NCBI RefSeq assembly: GCF_009914755.1
Contig: NC_060925.1
Direction: 5' to 3' (one strand)
Length of the DNA stretch: 64,000 bases
Source: the human T2T-CHM13v2.0 reference genome, Homo sapiens
Shown: piece after piece, positions 1 to 12,698 of the stretch
How the letters are laid out: each line of letters opens with the position of its first letter
Numbering within the stretch: position 1 is the first letter of the stretch
Notes under the pieces: generated by a model
What the model was told of the DNA's origin: nothing
The model's database searches: none
Seen by the model: the letters and a program-made list of their open reading frames with translations, nothing else
Translations under genes and position numbers: made by a program

Positions 1-68
1 GTTACTTCAGGGGCTGAACTCAAATATAGGGATCCAGAAGCAGCAGGGGAGGCCTCTCTGCAGTCTCC

Positions 69-150
69 TCACTAGGGGGCAGCAGCGGCTACGGGAGGCC
101 TCCCAGCCCTGGGAGGGGGAAGGGAAATGCTGGGCCAGCAGGTGGCAGTG
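69..150 (+). promoter_or_regulatory. Two co-oriented CTCF-like motifs downstream of KLHDC8A
   Basis: tCACTAGGGGGCAG at 69-82 and CCAGCAGGTGGCAG at 135-148. Confidence 0.6.
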
Positions 151-399
151 CCCTTCTTGGACCCAAGTAAGGAAAAAGTCCAAGTACCCAGAGAAAGGGA
201 GGGGAAAAAAATCCGTATCCTGTAAAGACCCAGGTTCCACTTGTCCTTGAAGATCCCGCTGAAGGTGTCACACTCCCTCCCTCCAGGAGGCTCCCTGGAC
301 CCCTCAGATCCAGATAGGTGATCCTCCTCCATTCCTGCCTCCTGGAGAAAGAATTACACTATCACCTGATGAGTGATACCTGACTCCTCCAGAACCCTT

Positions 400-1704
400 C
401 AGGGCAGGCATTTTATTCATCATTTATTTTAAAAATAACTGGGAGTCAGAAACAGATGCTAAGAGGAGGCACATTCTTCAAGTTTTCTAAAAGAACCCTT
501 TCTACTTTGGATAGGACAAAAATGAGCTTTGGCTGAATGAACTGAGACTAGACATAAGAAGGACTGAGCTGCTGATGAGTTATGAATGGAAGACTAACAC
601 GCAGTCTCAAGGCAGGAGAAGAAGAACATGTGCTGTTTTCCTGGGAGTGGGGCAACTGGTGGTGGCTGTGAGAAGGCAGAGCTCTTCAGAGGGGACAGCC
701 AAGAACAGGTAGTCACTGGGGGCCCTATTTAGCCTGAGAATGCAGGAGGGATTGTTTTATGGGGTCCTCCCTGCCCCTCAAGACACCCTTCCGCCCCATC
801 CCCACACCAGGGTGCTAGAGAAGATAGGAATATAGATTTTAATCATTGTGCTGCTGCTATTAACCAGAGTGCAATTAATCCATCTTTTGTGGATTTTGAT
901 GCCACAGTGTAAATGAGAGGGTTTCACACAGAAACACTCTGGGGGCCTTCGGTGACAAAAGGGCTAGGCCTCTGGTGGGGAGGGGGTGGCAAAAGGTGAA
1001 GTGGAATTAGGAGAGATGTGGGGAGCAGACCCAGGGCTGGGAGACTGCTCCTTCCCCATCACACATGCCCATCAAGGACCCCAAGAGGAAGGGATTCTTC
1101 CTGCCATGGCCTGGGCTGTCCAAGTGAGCCTGACTTCCCTTCCAAGGCAGCTGCCTCTAGCTTCATGTCCAATTCTCGCTGAGTAGATGAGGTCCAGGGT
1201 AGGCCCACAGTTGACCACCAAATGGTGAAGAGATATAAGCCAAGGGAGAAGAAAGTGGTTTGGAACCCCCAATCATTCTCCATTTTTCATCCTAAGCTAC
1301 CTTAAAACTAGTTCAGAGCTGGGGAAAGACAGCAACAGCAGTCTATCCTCTCGGTCAGAACTGCTCTACCTGCCTCCTGGAGATGGGGGTGGGGGGAGGT
1401 GGGACTCACAGGAGGGAGAGGTAGGAAATATTCCTGTGCCTTTCTTTGCCTGTGCAGTAAGTGAAGACTCTCTTCAGAGTCAGCTCTGCAGCTGGTGGAG
1501 TCATCTGTGCCTCTTACAGTTTTCTGAGATTGGTAGGATTTGGAGCTATAGAGAGGTCAACTTAGAGCCCCAAGGCCAGACTCCACTGGTTGCTAACAGG
1601 AGCTGACATTCTTGGAAGTAGCCCCGACTGCTTGGACAAGATCATTCCTCATGTTAAGAGTGAAGTGATATGGTCCAGGGCAAAGGTACTGAGCCCAGAG
1701 ACAG
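400..1704 (-). other. KLHDC8A: KLHDC8A 3' UTR (about 1.3 kb; end approximate)
   Basis: Repeat-poor sequence between the stop codon and tandem minus-strand AATAAA signals. Confidence 0.75.
412..428 (-). terminator. Tandem polyadenylation signals of KLHDC8A
   Basis: tttatt at 412-417 and 423-428 reads AATAAA on the minus strand. A weaker proximal ATTAAA lies at 838-843. Confidence 0.75.
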
Positions 1705-1898
1705 CTAGGAGTCAGAGACACACAGGGCCTCCACTGCGTCACTCAGACCCTGGTTGACACCTCCCACAGCGAGGAGGCAGTTCTTGACGACTATGCTGGA
1801 GCAGGCACAGCGGGGTGTGGGCATGGCAGGGAGGATCTCCCATTTGTTCTTCCCTGGGTGGAATGCTTCCGCCGTCTCCAGGACAGTGGGTTGATTCC
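1705..1898 (-). CDS. KLHDC8A: KLHDC8A last coding exon (NQPTVLETAEAF...ALCVSDS*), 194 nt
   Basis: Acceptor tttcag|GG, stop TAG at 1707-1705. The five exons sum to 1053 nt, which is 350 aa plus stop. Confidence 0.97.
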
Positions 1899-2800
1899 CT
1901 GAAAGTGTCAAGGGAATCAGACCTTACAAAGGAGTCCAACCACCAATCCATGCCCCACGGTCACCCCACCTCCCTCCCTTCGGCACCCACAAGCAGAAGC
2001 CAAGCAAGGTCAACTTCCTTGGCTACAGGATTACTCCCTTTACTAAGCCAGTGGCTTTTGTCAAGCAGCCACTTTGTCCCTCCTACCGTCTTCCTGTCTC
2101 TTTAAGAGTAAGCTTTCTTTCCCTACCCATTGCTTTTTACCAGAGCTTTCTAGCACACTACTGCCTCACTGCTGCCCTTTCCTAAAAAAGCTACTGACAT
2201 GGTCTAGTTGACACGGTTCCTTCATGCCTGAGTAAAGTGGGAGTTTGTCCACACTAAGTAGACTTGGGGTACCTGGAAGCCCTGCTGCCTGGATCTCTCT
2301 TCCTTGATGATGGGGAACTTCTCGCTTTAGAGTCCCTCCTTCAAAATACTAGTAATCTCTGGCAGAGTTAATACATCAAACCCAAGATTCATCTGTTGAA
2401 CTTATTTAATCAGATTGCTTTCCTGTTCCACGATTGGGCTGGAACAGGATAAGAGACTGGTCAGAGGAGGACCAAGGCTAATCCCCTCCACAGTTTGTCT
2501 CCAGTCATTCCCGTTTAGGGATCTGTGCTCAGTAAGCCTGTGCTGCACGGCTACGGGTGTCCCTTATTCTCTCTGCGTCACAGTTTCCCTGTGTAGGAGG
2601 ACAGAAAGGCCACACCTGGGGCCCACAGTGGATAGGTAATATCTAGGCTGGAAGAAAGGGAGTGCTTCGAATTTTTTGGAGTATAGTGGTAGGCAGGTGG
2701 TCTGCAGGGAGTCAGTACCCTTTCCTGCATATGCAAAGTGCCAAGGATCCACTGAGCACCAGAACCACAATAAATTCCAGCGTGAAAGCGCCATCCTTAC

Positions 2801-2902
2801 CAAGTCCCCCAGCCACTATGACCCGTCCACTCAGAGAGCCAGCCACAAAATCTGCCCGCCGCTTCTTGAGGAAGAACGATCGTTCCATCTTCAGCCATCC
2901 CC
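2801..2902 (-). CDS. KLHDC8A: KLHDC8A coding exon 4 (GWLKMERS...VIVAGGLG), 102 nt
   Basis: Acceptor cctatag|GG, donor G|gtaagg. Contains the VIVAGG kelch motif. Confidence 0.97.
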
Positions 2903-3499
2903 CTATAGGCCATGGATAATGGTGGGTTATATAGACAGAATAAGATACAGACCACTCCCACCAAATGCAGATTGTGGCCCAAATAGCTTTCACCCTGGGC
3001 AGTGTCTTCACTCTATTTATCCTTTATGCTTGGGGAGTACACAGTTCCTCCTGCTGTTTCAAATTCTCTGTGGCTTCCCCCTCTCCCATGCTTGCTGCTC
3101 TGTAAGGCATCATCATCCCCTACAATGAATCACCTTGACTTCTGGTTAGGAGGCTAATAGAGGCAGTGAGGGAGGAGTCAGGATCCTTCTGTTTCTCCAT
3201 CAGTAAAAAGTAAGAAAAATCCCTCTCTGACCTGGTCCTGTGTGAATATTGTAAGAAAAGACAATATAGGTAGAAAAGGGGCTTTGATAAAAACCAACCA
3301 AGCAAAAAGGGGACCTATACCAATGAAGGAATTTGATTCCAAGAGTAGCCCTGAGTGGAGAGGGGTGCTGAGACTTCTGAGAAGCTTGCCCAGCTGGGTA
3401 AACGGCCCTGGAAGATGGCTGGAATAGGGGTAAGGGATGGGGAGCCAGCCAGAAGGGCAGTGGGCAGCCAGAGCTTCCTGGGGAAGGTGACCAGCTCAC

Positions 3500-3715
3500 C
3501 CTGTTCCATGTCGAACACGTCCATCGTCCGCAGGAACTTGGGCTGCCGGTAGAGGCGACCTTGCCGCAGGCCTCCTAGGCTGTACAAGTGGTTGTCCAGG
3601 GTCACAAAGCTGGAGAAGGCCCGCTTATAGGGAATGTTGGGAAACTTGGTCCAGGAGCGAGTCTCGATGTCAAAGACCTCGAAAGCGTTGACCGCGTACT
3701 TGGACTGTCGTCCCC
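3500..3715 (-). CDS. KLHDC8A: KLHDC8A coding exon 3 (GRQSKYAVNAFEV...FDMEQ), 216 nt
   Basis: Acceptor ccccag|GG, donor G|gtgagc. Contains the LYSLGG kelch motif. Confidence 0.97.
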
Positions 3716-3949
3716 CTGGGGGCCAGAGCAGGATAGAGGTTGGGCAGAAGGGTTGTCCCTGAGGACAGCGACAGTGAAAAGGGTTTCCCCTTTTGACAGT
3801 TACTCATTCATACAGGAAGCTCCCGGTGGGCTGGGCAGTGTGATTATCCCCAGTGCCGAGGAGATGCTCAGCACACAGGCACTGCTTCCTATGGGAACTG
3901 AGCCAAGGGAAGGAAGGAGGGTAGGTATAGAACAGTAACCTGTCCTTAC

Positions 3950-4114
3950 CCAGCACGTAGATCTTGGAGCCTCGGAGGAAGGAGGTGGCAGCATATCTCG
4001 GGGTGGGCATGGGTGCTAGGGACACCCACATGTCCTTCAGCATGTCATAGTGTTGGAGGTGGTTGTGTGGACGTAGGTCCAGGCCCATCCCGCCTGCCGC
4101 ATATACTCGGTAAT
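3950..4114 (-). CDS. KLHDC8A: KLHDC8A coding exon 2 (DYRVYAAGG...KIYVLG), 165 nt
   Basis: Acceptor ttcttag|AT, donor G|gtaagg. Kelch repeats stay in frame with the neighbouring exons. Confidence 0.97.
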
Positions 4115-4307
4115 CTAAGAAGAAAGGCCATACATGCCCCTGGCTTAGCTCACAGGTACAGCAAGACAGGCCCACCAGCATCTATTGCCTCCCATGGCCA
4201 GGCCAAGCTTTCAACCACTGCTCAGCCAGAGTGAGTCATATCTGTATCAGTGTGGTTGATAGCACCATTCAAAGAAGTTCCTGCTATAGCTAAGCCTGAG
4301 AGTCTGT

Positions 4308-5084
<777 letters not shown>

Positions 5085-5942
5085 TGAGTAGAGATATTCT
5101 TCTGATGCCCTTTCCCCAGGCATTCACAAACTGGCATTTTTAGATATGGCAGGGGCCTTTAGAAATAAGATGAGTCATGCTGTCACTGGCCTATGGGACA
5201 CTGGACTGCTGCTGGTTCTGTGTCTGCCAGCCCCATTGGGGAATGCCATCTTCCTTCACAAATTGGGAAACTTGTGGGATCCAGGAGTCACTTCAACTAA
5301 ATGAGATAGGGCTAGGGGTGAATGAGGGTGAAGCTTTGGAGAGAGTACTGGTCCCTTTAAGAAACCCTGCCCAGGAAGTGAGCTGGGATACTTTGAGAAG
5401 TGAGTCTCCTCTCATTCTCTACTACTCTTGACTGTAGGTGGCCTTTCAAAGGACTTCACTACACCAGAGAGGATGGGCAAGGCATCTGTGTTTCCCTGGG
5501 TCCCACCCCAGGACCTCCCAGGCCTCTCTTTCTCAGGGAGCCACCCCTGCCCGGGATTCTGTCTGCCAGCAGCCAGTCCTCAATGCTTCTGGCTCCAGGA
5601 GGCCTTTATTCTTAAGGTGATTGTAGGGATGAGTACTATTTCCTCCTACTTTCCAATCTTATTGGAAAAAAAAAAATGCCAACCCTAGCCTGAGGCTGGA
5701 AGACGGTGCCTGCTAATGAGGAATTCACCTTGCACAAGATCCACCCCTCCCATCCTGTGTTACTTGAAACTCCTCCTCCTGGGAATCCTCCCATCCACTC
5801 CTCACTACTGTTTTTGTGCCCAATTCTTACTCATCCTTTCAGACCCATCTGGGCGTCCCTGAACTACAAGCCTGGGTCGACAGCACCGGCTCAGTGCCTT
5901 CTGTTACCCTATTCCATCACCCTAATTGCCACCTGTTACTGA

Positions 5943-6252
<310 letters not shown>

Positions 6253-7532
6253 AATCTTTGTTTCTTTCAATAGACTGTAGGCCGTTGAGAATTTGTGAAA
6301 TCTACAGCCCCAGCATCTGGCACAATGCCTGGCACACAGGCATGTAAATGCTTATTAAACTAACTGCAGAACCCATTCAGTGCCATAGTAAGAGCACAGA
6401 CTCAATCATCACTATCTGTGTCACCTTGGGCCAGTGGTTTAACTAACTCTTTGGGCCTTACACTGCTTCTCTCTAAAATCAGAGTAATACTAGCACTTAC
6501 CTGTATACAAAGCACAAATGGTAAGGATTCAATGAATGTTAGTTCTTAATCTTTCAAGACCATTTACTGAGGCCTGGGATGAAGATGTGCTCTTTCCCTC
6601 CCTTGCTCTCCGTGGGCCTCCAGGCCTTCCATCCTTCTTACTGGGAGGTCACAGAAGCCCCACTGGCCATGCTGCCCTGGGGGATTCTGCACTAGAGTTT
6701 CTCTCTAGTTACTTTCATTGGTCAGATCCAGGCTCCTGAAGGCAGGGAACAGATCTTCCGCCTCTTTCCTTCCCTCCTGGAGCCTGGCACTGTGCTGGGG
6801 ACAGAGCAGGTGCTCAAGAAATACTGGTTCCCAATCTATAGTAGACTTGACATGCAGCTAGTATGGTTTAGCAAAAGAGGGAGGGAGGAAGAGGAGACGG
6901 AGGGAAGGTTGCATCCCACTGCAAGCCTGTGCTGCTCAGGTGTGTCTGAACTTGGTGTCTCCTAATTCCCATTGAACCATCTCCCACAAAACCCTTTGTG
7001 TTTTAGCAAAAGAGCTTTCGGAGCTCTAGGTTCTGGGCTGTACTAGGCGTGAAAAGAATGAAATGGGGGCTTTGAGAAAGGAAAATGAGAATCACAAAAC
7101 CATGTAGTGAGGACATGCATGCCCTGAGGACTTAGTGAAACGCGGCCAGACATGAACCCTCAGGAACATTCTGGTCTCCACTGAGCGTCTCTGAGATTGG
7201 GAGGCAGAGGGGCAGGTTGAAGGTGGAAGAGGCCCCTGGAATCAGGTCCCAAAGCCCTCTCAGTGGGGCCTGGTGACGCTACAAGGATGGAGTGAGCATT
7301 GTCAGGACCCCAAATAGGTGTCTGGGGGTGGTGGCACCTGCAAGGCAAGGCAGGTTTCAGGGGCTGGGGTGTGGCGGCGGGAGGTGCAGGCATTTTGCTG
7401 AACGCATGGGGTCTGCAGAAATATGGCACTAAACTCCACAGCCCACAGCAAATGCCTGTTGGTTTCCATCTGTTTCCCTCCTGGCCCCCCACTTCCTTCT
7501 CTCTGGCCGCCCTCAGCCCTGGCCCCACTTGC

Positions 7533-7908
7533 CTTTGGCCGTGACAGAAATGCCCATGGCGGCCTCACGCAGCATGCTCCTCTTCTTCCACTTGCCCTCA
7601 TCGATGTTGTACATCTCCACGACCTTCAGGGGCAGCTGATTGGTGCCCACGCCCCCAATCACCATGATCCGCTTCCCCAGGGCGGTGACGGCCACCCCCG
7701 CCCGGGCTGTGGGCAGCCGGGGCAAGGCGGTCCACTGGTCGGCCTCCGGGGAGTAGACCTCGAAGCAGTCCATGGGGACGCCGTTGTCGTCACATCCCCC
7801 GATGGCATAGACCTGGCCCCCGGTCTCCAGCAGGGAGCAGTAGACCCGGCGGCTGGGCAGTGGCGCCAGGCGCTTCCACTGGAAGTCCTTGACGTTAGGC
7901 ACCTCCAT
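7533..7908 (-). CDS. KLHDC8A: KLHDC8A coding exon 1 (MEVPNVKDFQW...GISVTAK), 376 nt
   Basis: ATG in a strong Kozak context (gctgccATGG) at 7908. Kelch motifs VYAIGG, IMVIGG and spaced Y/W residues. Ends at the donor AAG|GCAAGT. Confidence 0.96.
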
Positions 7909-8840
7909 GGCAGCCTTGGGGAGCGCCCGGGCGCCGGGAGAGTTGCGAGCGCGGGGGTCCACCGGCTACTTGGCGCCGGCTCCCACGGCCCCTATCGCCA
8001 CCTCCATCTGGCTCCCGAGCGCCGGACCCAGCCAGACCCCGGCCAGTGCTTCACCGTGCCCCGAGTCTCAGCGGTCCGGCGGCGTCCACGCCTGGCCCTG
8101 CGGGGGGAACGCGGTGAATCAAGGGCAGCTGGGGCCACGCGCCCTCCGGCGGGCAGCGGATGGGCTCCGCAGCCCCTGGTCAACTTCACTGGGAAGACGC
8201 GGCGGCGGAGGGCGCCCCCCGGGGGCAGCACCACACCCTGCACTGCTTGGTCCCCGCCCCCTCCCCACCCGCTGCTCGGACACTGCCGAAGCAAGCCGCA
8301 GGCCGGGGCTTTCAGGGGTTCGGGGTGCCGGGCAGTCCCCGGGCGGAGGAAGGAGTTAGCGTCTCTCGGCGTCGACGCCTCTCTTTCCCCGCGCCCCCTC
8401 CCCGCAGTCTCGGCGCCCCCGCCCCCGCATCACTTACGCTGCCAGGCCCGGGGAGCGCGGCGGCGAGGCGCAGACGACGCATCACTGGGGAGCCCGGAGC
8501 CCCCGCCCCGCTGCACGGGAGCCGGGGAGAGGGCGCTCTGTCCTTCCCCAGTCCGCGCGCCGCTGTCACACATGCAGATGAGGAGATGAAGTGAACAGCA
8601 GGAAGGAGAAGCGGAGCCGCCGCCGGGGAGGAGGCCGGCGAGCCTGCTCCGCTCCGTCCCCATCCGCAGCCACCACACCTGTGCAGGAATCCGCGTGCGT
8701 CCCGGGACACAGCGTGCTGTGACCTCTGTACAGAAGCCCCGCCGCGGAAGCGCTCACCTTGTCTACAGGGGGTCAAGGAAAGCAGGGCACTAGAACCAAG
8801 CACCCAGATGACGGGCACAGACTCCCTCCGGTGTGGGGGC
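7600..8840. promoter_or_regulatory. CpG island / proximal KLHDC8A promoter with candidate alternative first-exon donors
   Basis: Very high GC and CpG density with GC boxes. Minus-strand donors AGC|GTAAGT (GT at 8437-8436) and AAG|GTGAGC (GT at 8757-8756). Confidence 0.85.
7909..8097 (-). other. KLHDC8A: KLHDC8A 5' UTR part of the first coding exon
   Basis: Acceptor gttccccccgcag|GGCC with the AG at 8099-8098 and a branch-like ttcac upstream. Confidence 0.8.
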
Positions 8841-9599
8841 GGGCTTTTGTGTTTGTTTTGGATGAAGAGGCGGAGAGTCCAATTACCCAGTTTATCTACA
8901 GTACACAGACTCAGCTCGTGACCTGCTAACTCAATAGCCAGCTTTGCTGGGGGGAGGTATTATCATATAGTTTAACCTCATGAAAACAACTTATGTGGGT
9001 GTGATGCACGCAGACCTGGCACAGGTACTTTCAAATATAACATATACACCCACTTGCACATGGAAGCATAACTTACACATCACCCTGCCGCCGCCCCCGA
9101 AATAGACACATCCACAGAGACACTGACCAGTGATGCACAGACAGACATGTGGACACAGCCAGAGACACCAACATAGACAAACACACACGGGAAGTTTTTC
9201 CATCTGCCACACACATGCACAACCCACCACCGCCACCATCACCCTTCACGAGCTTCAGGAAGGGGAAACCTGATGATCAAATCTCCGTCCTCGGCACCAA
9301 CTCGCAGGGCTTGACAAACAATCCTTGCAAGCCACTCTCTAATACCGTTTATAGGACAGTAGTCCCCAGTAACAAAGGTGCCCATGAGGCCAGAGAACCA
9401 ACCACCTGGTCTGGTGGACTGCAAGGCCGATGGGATCTTCCTCCTACCTGGTTCTTTCAAATGTAGCCAAGTCTTGAAACACGCAGGCTTGGGAGGCTGG
9501 AAGACCTGGGTTTGAATCTTGCCTCTGAAAATTACTTAACTACTCTGAACCTCAGTTTCTTATACAGATAGATAGATCTATGTCTATATATTTTTAAAC

Positions 9600-10350
<751 letters not shown>

Positions 10351-11742
10351 CAACGGGCCCATCTTACTACTTTGAGTTCTTGGCTTAAAAATTCCACTGT
10401 TTTTTAGTTCGAATTCTGTGTACTTACAAAGTAAGCACCTCTAGAACCTTCACAGAGGAAGTCTGTGTCTGTTTTCCCTATTCAATCAGAACTCATAAAT
10501 TCCAAAAGCATGGGGTGTGAATTCATGAAATTTCACGGAAACACCAAACATTTCCCTTTCTTCCTAGGAGTCTCTATCTGCCTGGAGAAATAGGGAACGC
10601 ACCTTTACCTCAGCTTGAACTGTCTTCACAAAATCAGAACAGGTGATCGGGAAGATTTAAAGCCATAGACCTTCCTTAAAAGCGCTTGTTGGAGTCCATC
10701 CTTAGCTTCTCTTACCCACTGAGCCTTCTACCAAAGCAGTGAGGCCAGGCCTCTTAAATGAGCCTTCACCACCCCAGCTGGGGCAGCTTAATAAGCAGAT
10801 AGACAGAGCTCCACTCTGTATGTTTTATTTGTGTCACTTGTTGAGATCATCTAAGCCCTTGCACGTCCATTTTCTTGTAATCTTAAAACAGCCCTGGGAG
10901 GGGTTGCAGGGGTAGGTATCAATATCCACTTTTTGCAGTTGAGGAATCTGAGCCTTAATGAGATGAAGTGACTTACTTAGGACCATGCAGGCCGTTCAGG
11001 GTGGGTCCAAGGTATGAATTCCAAATCCAGTGCTCCTTTACTTTATCACAATTAAATCACAAATTAAAGAATTGTGCCTTATGAAGGAAACCAAGTGGGT
11101 CCACTCTCCACCTGGCTTCTGGTCTTTATTCCACTGCAGTGAAGAAAGGAGCCCAGGCCACCAAGGAGATTCCAGCGGCTGCCCACACTGTTTGTGCCAG
11201 GCAGTGCAGGTAAGGAAGTGCTGGAATCCAGCCCCAGAATAGGCCCCCATTCTAAACTAAGGCTCATATCCTACAGGCACCATCTTCTATGCAGACCGTG
11301 AGATCTAGGGACTCAGACCCTTGGAAAAGTACTAACAACAGGATGTCTTCCAGACCATGACCTAATTGCTTGTTCTGGAAGTCCTGGCTTCTCTCCATCT
11401 CCCCCATCTCTCTTCCTCTCCGCCAGGTAACATCCTTTAGCGCTTACACTGAGTGCACATCGAGGAAGCTTGTAACCTAGCAACTGCCACTTAAGATTCC
11501 CTGAGTCATCTGTAGTTTCCATTGCCTGGGTTGAGTGCACCAAGATGGGGCCTTAAGGAGTGCTAATCGGAGGGAGAGTGTCCAGTGACTCCTTGGTCCC
11601 TCCCTACCCTATTCTAGTGTGTAACCATTTTCCTGGTCAGAAAGTTTTTCCTCATGTCAAATCTAAATCCTTCTTGCTCTAAAATCTTGCGTAACATTAA
11701 GCCGGTGTTTCTCTTTTGCCTTAAAAAGCATTTGAGTTTTTA

Positions 11743-12349
11743 CGCTGGATGTGGTGGCTTGTGCCTGTCATCCCAGCACTTTGGGAGGCCGAGGCAGGTG
11801 ATTACATGAGTCCAGGAGTTCGAGACTAGCCTCAAAAACATAGTGAGACCCTGTCTCTGCAAAAAATAAACAAAAATTATCTGAGCTTCGTGGCACATAA
11901 TCCTAGCTACTAGGGAGGCTGAGGTGGGAGGATCACTTGAGCCCAGGGGGTAGAGGCTTCAGTGAAACAAGATCGTGCCACTGCACTCCAGCCCAGGTGA
12001 CACAGCAAGACCCTGTCTCTCTAAAAAAAAAGTGTTTCATTTTTCCCCTTCATTACAAGGTAGGAGTGGGAGGTTGGGGAATTAAGGGAGGGAAAAGTCA
12101 TAAAAGCCTCTAAAGATTACATCTTTGGTGCTGTGGAGTCTTTATTATAGATATTGGTGCATCAATCAAACTTGAGGATGCTCAGCCCCAGAAAAAAGTC
12201 ACTCAGTACGTTTTGGGTTTTGTTTCTTTTTAAAAAGATGGGGTCTTGCTATATTGCCCAAGCTGGATTTGAACTCCTGAGGTCAAGTCATCTTCTTGCC
12301 TCAGCCTCCTGAGTAGCAGGGATTACAGGCATGCACCACCTTGACAGGC
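11743..12349. repeat. AluJ (+, 11743-12030) and FLAM monomer (-, about 12210-12349)
   Basis: Alu motifs. Confidence 0.88.
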
Positions 12350-12684
12350 TCAGTAAGTCTTGGATTTGTTAAGGTCTAATTTACATACAATGAAATGCAC
12401 AGTTTTACTCAGTCTCTATTGTCTGGTAGGCATTCAGCAGGATCCTGCCTTCACTAAACTGCGGTACCTTAGGGGGAAGTTGGGGGTGTTGTGGGGAACA
12501 GTTTCTTCCCAATAAACCAAGCAGATTCTCAGTGTGGCAGGCCATGGATGGAGTAACTGTGGGAAGGGTTTCAACGTCTGCTGGAATTCCAAGTGTAGGG
12601 AACATTTCAGGGGGATAGGAGGGAAGAGGAGTTGTTTAGTGATTAGCTGCTCCTTATCCCTCCCCAGAAATACTCTTTACCGGA

Positions 12685-12698
12685 GTGCCCTCTGCAGG
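12685..12698 (-). promoter_or_regulatory. CTCF-like motif, reverse orientation
   Basis: Minus strand reads CCTGCAGAGGGCAC. Confidence 0.45.

Noticed and set aside
840-860. Minus-strand TAGCAGCAGCACAATG in the KLHDC8A 3' UTR resembling a miR-15/16 family 5' end
   Set aside because: I could not see a complementary arm forming a pre-miRNA hairpin. A short match is expected by chance.
7423-8589. 388-aa plus-strand ORF, the longest in the window
   Set aside because: It is the antisense shadow of a GC-rich coding exon and CpG island, where stops are depleted. It has low-complexity Pro/Arg/Gly/Ala composition and no recognisable domain.
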